Below the pieces are notes generated by a model that worked only from the letters and a program-made list of their open reading frames with translations, made no database searches and was not told the origin of the DNA. A program made the translations under genes and the position numbers. Shown in pieces: positions 54,393 to 64,000 of a stretch of DNA of 64,000 nucleotides. The DNA lies in contig OX597826.1 of assembly GCA_951406725.2 (NCBI GenBank), positions 53,196,001-53,260,000 of the forward strand, in the 5' to 3' direction. The stretch is from Octopus vulgaris. Lineage: Eukaryota. Every line of letters starts with the position of its first letter. Within the stretch, counting starts at the first letter, position 1.

Positions 54393-55788
54393 CATGCATA
54401 TAGCTTCGTGTGTGGTGTTCCTTTATATCCCCTATTGTGGGTCGACAAATACATTTCTATAAATAGATACCAAGTTAGAATATATATTGAGGTGGGTAGC
54501 ATCACTATACACTTTCAGGTGGTGCCCCAGGGTGTCCACATTCCAGTTACTGAAATCAGTTAACAATATATGGTATAATTTTTGTTAATATGAAGTCAGT
54601 TAAATCGATAAGGTGAAACTTGCACCGAGCACATTGTAGTTATCTCCCTTTATACAATTTTCAAAGAAATTATAGTAAGACGAAAAAGTCCTGAACGTCA
54701 CCACAGCAATTATTTCCTCATGGTCAGTGATGTGGTCCTTTAAATTGAGCCGAGTCAACATCGATGATATCAATTATACAATAGATGTTTTTTGTAACGG
54801 TGTACATTTTAAAGAATAAGAGTGAAAATTTTAGTATATATATTATTCTATTGGTCATTAGACAATGGCCAGGCTGGGATACTGCCTTCAAGTTGTTTTA
54901 TATTTATCTTTCTAGTCGGTTATCGTGACCTTTGTAATTTATGTTGATCGAATCGCAAGATTTATGTTTTAATTTTTCCCTTTACATTGAAGGGACGTAA
55001 CTCGACAGATTTACCAAAAAAGACAAGGCGCTTTTAAGTTGCCGTCTCAGATAAATTGCCACATACTATAAACCTCGTAACGCAGCTGGATAGGTTCGTG
55101 TACGTGAGTGTGTGAGTGTACGTGTGTGTGTATGAGTGTGTGTGCGCGAGCGTGATAGTAACTATGTAAATGTCTATACGTGTATATAAGCGTATGGATG
55201 CATGCATGTGTGTGTGTGTACAATTCTGTGTGTATACAGTTATGTTGTGTGTGGTTGTGGTTGTGTGTGTGTATAATTCTGTAGATATATACACCACTGC
55301 ATACTACATTGTATATACCATAGGACACACTACACTCTACATCATAAAGAAAGGCTATGCGGTCGCTAAAAATAACAGTCAAATTTCCTTCACATCCCAG
55401 CTCACCGCCTTAAACACAGCAAAGAAACGTTGGTACAATAATGACCCCGAAATACTGTAAAATGAGACAAACACGACTGGAACGTCTTTGATCCTAGGTC
55501 TGCTCGATCACGTATGACCTAGGGTTAAGCGACATCAAGGAATCAATATTTGAACATATTGTGTCTTAGATGAATAAATGAACAATTCATTGAAGCTTTG
55601 GTATTCTTGGAACCATTCCAACTACTTCATTGCAGTATAATACGGTACATTCTACCCCATTCCTCTACACTACATTAAGCGACACTATACTACAGTGGTT
55701 TTCAACCTGCCTCCATCTGACCCTTGCGGGTCCATATACGATTTCGTAGTTAAATGTTATGTGCAATAAATTAGTTATACTCCAGCAA

Positions 55789-55933
55789 GGCGCAGGAGTG
55801 GCTGTGTGGTAAGTAACTTGCTTACTTGTTACTGCGTGGCACTTTGGGCAAGTGTCTTCTACTATAGCCTCGGGCCGACCAAAGCCTTGTGAGTGGATTT
55901 GGTAGACAGAAACTGTATAAGTATAAGTATATG

Positions 55934-55976
<43 letters not shown>

Positions 55977-56161
55977 TTGTCCCCCCCAACATCGCTTGAC
56001 AACCGATGCTGGTGTGTTTACGTCCCTGTAACTTAGCGGCAAAAGAGACCGATAGAATAAGTACTAGGCTTACAAAGAATAATTCCTGGGGTCGATTTGA
56101 TCGACTAAAGGCTGTGCTTCAGCATGGCCGCAGTCAAATGACTGAAACAAGTAAAAGAGTA
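55789..56161 (+). mobile_element. SINE family A
   Basis: Copy lacking the B-box segment. Confidence 0.88.
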
Positions 56162-56172
56162 ATACATATATA

Positions 56173-56370
56173 CAGGATGACCCAAAAGTAGGTTTACAGT
56201 TATCACGTAAGTACTTTAATTTTCTTTTAAAACATTTTATTACATTCAAATTTCTATCTCACAATTAACTAAATTTTCATAGAATAATGGTTTCATATTT
56301 TTTTTATAATTAAGATCTAACCTGTTAATATATGAGTGTGAAAAAGAAACCTACTTTTTGGGCCACCATG
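56173..56370. mobile_element. Tc1/mariner-type MITE
   Basis: TA|CAGGATGACCCAAAAGTAGGTTT ... AAACCTACTTTTTGGGCCACCATG|TA. Confidence 0.75.
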
Positions 56371-57001
56371 TACATATATATTTGTTGTTTGTTCCTTCTC
56401 GAGCCACGCCTGGCTCATTAGGGCCGGTTTCCCGGTTTCCTTGGCGTATAGGTTCCCCACCTGGATGGGACACCGGTCCGTCGCAGGTGAGCTGCAAGAT
56501 GCAGAAGGAAAGAGTGAGAGAAAGTTGTGGCGAAAGAGTCAGCAGAAGTTCGCCATTACCTTCTGCCGGAGCCGCGTGAGGCTTAGGTGTTTCGCTCATA
56601 AATACACACATCGCCCGGTCAGAGATTCGAACCTGCTTTCCCTCGACCGCGAGTCCGCTGCCCTAATCACCAGGCCATGTGCCTCCACGCATATATATTT
56701 ACTTGTTTCTATCACTAGATTGCGGTCATGCTGGGGCACCGCCTTGAAGAATTTTTAGTTGAATGAATCGACCCCAGTACTTTTTTTTTAAGCCTGGTAC
56801 TTATTCTACTGGTCTCGTTTGCTGAACCTCTAGCTTACGGGGACGAAAATAAACCAACACCGATTTTTAAGCGGGGTGGTGGGTCAAAGACACAAAGACA
56901 CACACATATATAAACACAAACACACACATCTGTGTTGCGGTGTTGAGCACTCATTTTCATCGTTCAACATTTACGTATACATACATACATCCTTTTCCTA
57001 T

Positions 57002-57036
57002 GTTTCTGACGAAAAGCTTCGCTCGAAACGTTAAAC
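57002..57036 (+). ncRNA. Minimal hammerhead ribozyme, first of a tandem pair
   Basis: GUUU-CUGACGA-A-AAGC-UUC-GCUC-GAAAC-GUU-AAAC; stem I GUUU/AAAC. Confidence 0.7.
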
Positions 57037-57123
57037 CCTCCTTCTTCCCTTCCTCTTTATATATATATATTGAATCGTTGGCGATTTTCTTCCTCCGTCT
57101 TCCTTTCTATTTGACTTACTTCT

Positions 57124-57158
57124 GTTACTGAAGAAGAGCGTTGCTCGAAACGTCAAAC
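57124..57158 (+). ncRNA. Minimal hammerhead ribozyme, second of a tandem pair
   Basis: GUUA-CUGAAGA-A-GAGC-GUU-GCUC-GAAAC-GUC-AAAC. Core is canonical with a GUC triplet; the inner stem I pair is mismatched. Confidence 0.7.
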
Positions 57159-57810
57159 CATCTTTCTTTCCTTCCCTGAGCGTCTGCTAATACTTTACAT
57201 GTACCACGCCCTCGCGTTGTAGTTTTTTGTGTTTTTTTTAATTTTATTTACTATATGTACATATATATATACATACACCACCACCACCACCACTAGACTC
57301 CACTCTACATCACTCAACACTACACTACTTACTACACTCCAATACACTTCTCAACACTGCACATCACTATACTCCGCAGCTCAGGTCCGCAAGAGAGCCT
57401 CGGTTTCGTTGCTCGATCAATTTAAAAAGTAGCAACCAGATAATCCACCTCAGATAATGTTACTCTTTAAAATTGAAAAATGTAGTCTCTGGTATACAAA
57501 GGCAAAAAACAAAAAACAAAAAAAAAAAACAATAAATGTCAGGATGGTCACAATTGGATGCCTTTCAATCGTAGTTCTGCGCGACCAAAGGTGAACTCGT
57601 GCAAAACTACTGTAAATACAACATCAACAACGCTACCCATAAAATTACTCATTACATTTCGACATTATAACTTTATTACTTTATTATGCGCATACAATTT
57701 CACACACGCGCGCACTCTCTCACTCGCTAAAATACGCAAGTCATGCACACGCGCATATATTCACAAGCTTTAAGCACATTACATTTCTCCTTTCTTTCTT
57801 TCTTTCTTCT

Positions 57811-57841
<31 letters not shown>

Positions 57842-57981
57842 CTCTCTCTTTCTTTCTTTCTCTTTCTCTCTCTTTCGTTATCTTTCCCTTTTTCACCCTG
57901 CCTGTATTTTCCTCTATCTCCTTCGTTCCGTCTGTAGCCCTTTCTGTCTGTCTGTCTGTCTACCGGTATCTGTCATTTGCG

Positions 57982-58018
<37 letters not shown>

Positions 58019-58171
58019 ATCTCCCTTCCCATTCTCTCTGTCTCTGTCTCTTTTTCTTAGTCTTTCTCTATCTTTCTTCTTTCTTTCTTTCTTTCTTTCT
58101 TTCCTTGTCTATCTGTCTCTGTCTGTCTCTGTTTCTGTCTCACTCTCTCTCTGTCTGCCTGCCTACCTGTA

Positions 58172-58260
<89 letters not shown>

Positions 58261-58277
58261 GCCTGTCTCTACCTCTG

Positions 58278-58313
<36 letters not shown>

Positions 58314-59439
58314 TCTCTCTTCAACGTATATACATCATGATACAATTAACAAGAACAACCGATTCTACTGAAATATAACCGCAAAAACGACAATGAAAGA
58401 ACCGATGACGACAACAACTAGAATAAGTATAGCATTTACACCACCACCACCACAACCACAACCATCACCACCATCACCACCACCACCATCATCATCATCA
58501 TCACCACCATCACCACCAACACCACCACCAACAGCGACAGATTCAATGTACATCGCAAGAACAATGGCGGTCATGTATCTCATTATAAATATAAATATCA
58601 CAACAACAACAACAACAACAACAACAGTCACAGCCACAACAACAGCAACAATAACGATGACTGTAATAATTACAACAGTGAACAGTGTCACGTATTTTTA
58701 TGTCTTGCTTATTCGACATTTTCCCTGTTTGTTTAAATACAAAACCCAGGAAAGTTCGTCTTGCTAATCCACGCAATAATCCTATCCTAATCCACAACGA
58801 CCATTATCATTGCGATAATCCTTCCTAATCCACAGTGACCATTCTGTGAACAATTGTAAGTAAATCAGAATGTAGGAAATGGATTTGAACAGGAATAAGT
58901 TTCTTTACGATAAATAAATGGGGTTTTTTATGTAGTGTTGTGGTGTTCATGACGTCCTCGTATATCTTTAAAAGCGAAAGTAAAAGACATTCTAAATGGA
59001 AACTAAAATTGACTTCGGAGGCAGAGGATTGGCAGAGTGCTTAGAGCGTCGGAGAGATTGTTCCACAGTATTGACTCCAACCTTCTGAGCTCAAATTCTG
59101 TCGAGGTCAACTTTATTTTGGGGTCGATAAAAAAATATCAATGTATAGGGAAGGATTGGCGGAACTGTAGGAATGGTGAACCGAATGCCTTGCGGTATTT
59201 TCCGCAACTCTCACCATAACCTATACAGATAGTACACTTAACCCTCTCGGTTTAGCACCGCTACCTGGCATTTTGGCTGCATTTAGGAGGTGGGGGGAGT
59301 CTACTCTATTGCACGATCATCTTTTTCTTCGTTTGAAACTCTGAGTAGCGACAGAGTTTGTCAATAGCTTCAAGCGAATACTCTGCTACATGTATATTAT
59401 ATGTATTTCATCTATATTACATGTATTGAGTAGATTCTG

Positions 59440-59790
59440 TCCCACTCTCACTTTCAACCTTACGGTGTAACAATGGGTTCTCCATTCAGACCTACATTTA
59501 CGGTACTGCATTTAGCAAACATGGAAAGTAAACTGATTTACAAGCATAAATGCACTCTCCGCACCAAATGTGTTCATGACACATTCGTGATGACAGGATA
59601 AGCTGATCGGCATAAAGATCTTGACAAACAACTATGTGGAAAAACAGCTATGTCCTTAAATCCACCATCGGAATTAATTTCGACGTCGAAAGATGAAGGT
59701 AACACAGCTGACAACGTTACTTTGACAATTCTAGACATGTCGACACTGTTTACGAATGGCTTAGAATATTATTCCGTGCCTAGGTTTTGT
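59440..59790 (+). pseudogene. Penelope-like reverse transcriptase remnant
   Basis: From 59461 YGVTMGSPFRPTFTVLHLANMESK..KCVHDTFVM resembles the PLE RT GxxMGSPxxPxxAN..YVDDTF motifs. A later frame gives TLTILDM (LxFLD). Frameshifted and decayed. Confidence 0.7.
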
Positions 59791-60037
59791 TTTTTTTATT
59801 CCATCAATAGTATGATTTACGAAAGGTCAAGTGACTTAAATTGTCAGTATGTGCTTAAATACGGCGAGCTTTAGAGAGATGTATGTTAACCATATCTGGT
59901 ACCACTTCTCTAGTAGAGTAAAAGGCACCAGCTCGAAAAATTTGTACTCACTGACTTCCTTAACAAAACTCAGTCATTCTTTCCTAAACAACATCTTCAC
60001 ATTTTTATCTTGTAACATACTGCAGATATTTTGTACA

Positions 60038-60445
60038 GGCGCAGGAGTGGCTGTGTGGTAAGTAGCTTGCTTACCAAACACATGGTTCCGGGTTCAGTCC
60101 CACTGCGTGACACCTTGGGCAAGTGTCTTCTGCTATAGCCTCGGGCCGACCAATGCCTTGTGAGTGGATTTGGTAGACGGAAACTGAAAGAAGCCTGTCG
60201 TATATATGTATATATATATATATGTATTTGTGTGTCTGTGCTTGTCCCCCTAGCATTGCTTGACAACCGATGCTGGTGTGTTTACGTCCCCGTAACTTAG
60301 CGGTTCAGCAAAAGAGACCGATAGAATAAGTACTGGGCTTACAAAGAATAAATCCCGGGGTCGATTTGCTCGACTAAAGGCGGTGCTCCAGCATGGCCGC
60401 AGTCAAATGACTGAAACAAGTAAAAGAGTAAAAGAGTAAAGAGTA
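60038..60445 (+). mobile_element. SINE family A
   Basis: Full length with (TAAAAGAG)n tail. Confidence 0.92.
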
Positions 60446-61821
60446 TATACAACCTTTTTTAGAACTTGTAGCTATTTTTTTTTTTAGTCTGTTTCAACTT
60501 CTTCTTCTTTTCTTTCTTTCTTCACTTCCATTTGCCGGTTTCCACTCCTTGCGCTACTTTTAAGTAATTTCAAACCTTTTCAGAATTTCTCGGTCCTCTT
60601 CACTGTTTCTTCTTTAACGTCTTTTACTTGTTTCATTTAGTGGATTGCGGCCATACTGGGGCACCACATTGAATGGTTTGGCCGAACAAGTCGACCCCGG
60701 CACTTATTTTATCGATTTCTTGAGCTGAACTGTTAAGTTACGGGGTGGTTATCAAGTGGTGTGAATGAAACAAAAAAAAAACAAACACTAACTCAATCAC
60801 ACACGCGTACGCGCACACGCACACACACATTCACACAATAAGCGACGGGCTTCCACACAGTTTCCGTCTTCTATATTTACTCACAAGGCATATCTGTCGG
60901 TGTACCCCTTACCCTTTACATCCCATTAACTCCCTTTACGTCAGTACATTTAATCGATTCCCGGTCAAAGCTGAATATATCTCTGTCTGTTTCGTTTGTC
61001 TCCAAGCTTTCAATCTCTTCATTTCTTAGAGTTTGTTTCGCTCTATTTTTGCCATTTTAAGTTCTTTTACTTTTCTTAGAAACTTCTTAGTTGCAAAGCG
61101 GTTTTCTTAACCGCACAGCTATGCCTGAATAATTTTACTCCCCCGCAGTCCTTATGAGCCCGCTCAGTTATTTTCAGTTATTTTTGTTACGGAAGTAGTT
61201 CGGTTTATTTCAATCCGTTCCTCTGTCTTTCAGTTGTTTTTTTCCCTCTATTTTCTATTTCGCCACATTGTTGTTAATTTATTTCTTCCAGTTTTAATCT
61301 TGGTCCTTTGTATTTCATTTCTATTCAAAATTCCTCATTTATTTTTAGTATTTAAAGTCCTTTACAGATAGTTTTAATTTTTGTTTAAACTGTTACAATA
61401 TTTTAAATATTTTTCAATTGTCCTTAACATTGTTCATTCTTTTCTATTATTTCAATGCCTTGCACTACTTTTCTGACCTTTCAGTGCATTAAACATTCAC
61501 AGTCCCTTTTCAGTCCTATTCAGGGTGATGAGCTGTGTTTCATGCGGCCCATTTCTCAAATAATGTTGTTCATGCCTGAAATAGACACATGATGAAATGC
61601 ATTCAGATCGTAACAATCCCGCCTTTTTGTGTTTCGAAGGTCACATCGTCTAATGTATCTATTTTTATTTCAATTTTTTTTTAAGATGGTAAGATGGGAT
61701 TTGAGGAAGAAATATCAATTATTTCTTGCAGGTCGAGTAACACGTAGAGATTTCTTCGTTGGTTCAAGATGCCTAAGTTGTGAACTAGTATGTTATATAG
61801 GCGGTACTATTTTGTTTAAGA

Positions 61822-62208
61822 AAGGCGGCGAGCTGGCAGAAACGTTAGCACGCCGGGCGAAATGCGTAGCCGTATTTCGTCTGCCATTACGTTCTGAGTT
61901 CAAATTCCACCGAGGTCGACTTTGCCTTTCATCCTTTCGGGGTCGATTAAATAAGTACCAGTTACGCACTGGGGTCGATATAATCGACTTAATCCGTTTG
62001 TTCTTGTTTGTCCTCTCTGTGTTTAGCCCCTTGTGGGTAGTAAAGAAATAGGTACTTTACGTTGTGAGTTCAAATTCCGCTGGGGGTCGACTTTGCATTT
62101 CATCCTTTCAGGGTCAATAAAATAAGTGCCAGCCAAGTGCTGGGGCGGTGTAATCGACTTAACCCCTCCCTCGAAATTACTGGCCTTGTACAAAATTTGA
62201 AGCCAATA
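61822..62208 (+). mobile_element. SINE family B, young unit plus older-type second body
   Basis: Junction AAAGAAATAGGTA at ~62050. Confidence 0.88.
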
Positions 62209-63178
62209 TTTTGCGTAAGTTACTGCGAGATGACGCTTGATTTAGTGTAAGATGGCAATTTATTGCCCGGGAATTTAGTATTGATACGTAATTATTATGA
62301 TTCATAATGTCATAGCTTATACTCAAGGAGTGTAGCCTAGTGGTTAGGGTGTTTGGCTCATGATTATATGGTCGAGGGTTTGGTTCCCAGATTGTGCGGT
62401 GTGTTGTGTCCTAGAGCAAGACCCATAATTTCACCTTGCTCTCGTCAACACATTTAAAAATGAATACCAGCGGACTACTGGTGCATCTTTCCCCCTCTCT
62501 CACTCCCTCTGTATCTCCCCCCCTCTCTCTCTCTCTCTTCCCAACTGTCACGTCTTCGATGTTTCCACGTTTTTGATGTTTCGCTGGAGCAGAGATTGAT
62601 GGCGATGTTCTGTCTGTTCGACACCTAAAACAATTAGAGGAAGCAGGATAGAAGCTACAAGGTTATAATCGCTTGCGAGTAGCGGCTAAGTTTATTGCGT
62701 TTGTACTACAGTTTTCTGAAAGACAACTGTGCAAACGGCCATGAGACGTAGTATTATACAATTCTGAATGTTTACATTCAATTAACACATGCACACGCAC
62801 GCACATTCTTACACAAACACACACATACATATATATTCCATACACAATCAAACAGACTCCAAGAGACTTGTGTTGGTCTGCGTTGGCACGGCTTATTTTA
62901 TATTGTGTACATGAACACACCTACATAGTTTTTTATTTAATGTCATTTCAATACACACACACACACACACACACACACATCTATATATATGTATATATGC
63001 TGCATCATCGCAGCGACCCACAATGATGAGGTCTTGAAATAACTTCGCGATTATTATATTTCCAAATAAAAGGCCAAAAACTTACAAAAGTTTCCAGCAC
63101 GTGAATTAATTATATTGTATTGTTTCAAATGTTCTTTTAAAAAATCATTTATGCATTTTAAAATATTATATAGTTTTA

Positions 63179-63221
<43 letters not shown>

Positions 63222-63480
63222 TGCACACACATACACACACAAATGCACACATACGCAAACGCAGACACATACGCACACAAACACAAATACACATACACAC
63301 ACATGACCAGCTCTTGTTTGGTAGAGATGGTGTTATCTCAAATATAATGAATAGCATTACATATACGTATGTGATGGTATGTTATAACATCAATCATTAT
63401 ACATGTTATTATAGCACAGCTATCTATCTATCTATCTATCTCTGTGTGTGTATGTATGTGTGCATGTGTGTGTGTACATA

Positions 63481-63700
63481 GTAAACTGGGATGCGATCAA
63501 TCATGATCTTTCACAAGTTGATTGGGCCTTCTCGCACGCACCCTCCACCAACATAAACACATCATGACAGACATTTGTAGATATTGTAACAAATATATAT
63601 GCAAAACATACTCCATTACGATCAGTATACAAACCTAAAGCAGAATCCCTAGAAATAGAAGAGCAATTATCAGAAAAAATAAAAAGAATTAACAAGAAAA
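63481..63700 (+). pseudogene. CR1/L2-like LINE ORF2 EN-RT linker remnant
   Basis: VNWDAINHDLSQVDWAF..NTS*QTFVDIVTNIYAKHTPLR resembles the DW..L...DW...W..F......KHxP linker. Confidence 0.5.
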
Positions 63701-63835
63701 TCAACCAATTTAAATACTGGGGTGGTGGGATGTGAGGGTGGGGTGTGGGTTTGGGGTGATGATATGGATGTAGGGGTGGAGGGAGCTAATTCACTGTTAT
63801 TAAGAAAACGTTTTGCAAAAGTTACAAAAGTTTAA

Positions 63836-64000
63836 CCCTTTAGTGTTTAAACCGGGCATATCTGGCCTAAATATTCTACATGTCTTATATTCAAATGGGT
63901 TATATCTAGCCTCTCGCACTTAACTTACATTGACACTTCAAAAATAAACAATCACATCATTGAAACCTCAAAGCTATAAGATAATGCATGATTAATTAAA
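63836..64000 (+). mobile_element. piggyBac-like MITE left end (runs off the window)
   Basis: TTAA|CCCTTTAG terminus; only one end is visible. Confidence 0.4.

Overview
AT-rich, repeat-saturated animal genomic DNA with no intact protein-coding gene. The SINE repertoire and microsatellite load suggest an octopus/cephalopod, but this is an inference. Nearly all listed ORFs are microsatellite or SINE artefacts. The only recognisable cellular-gene sequence is an intronless, 3'-truncated RPS4 processed pseudogene (12910-13455) sitting in a (TA)n tract. The rest comprises four tRNA-derived SINE groups (labelled A-D here) with shuffled modules, non-autonomous Helitrons, Tc1/hAT/piggyBac-type MITEs, two long-TIR foldback elements, decayed Tc1/mariner, Penelope, RTE-like and CR1-like coding remnants, and a ~2.9 kb degenerate palindrome that may be a long-read artefact. 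The most interesting signal is a set of about nine Penelope-type minimal hammerhead ribozyme (HHR) motifs in several short element families, some with recurrent non-canonical cores. One canonical HHR lies inside a tRNA-headed, TSD-flanked SINE (34935-35223). All calls were made by eye; no database search or folding program was run.
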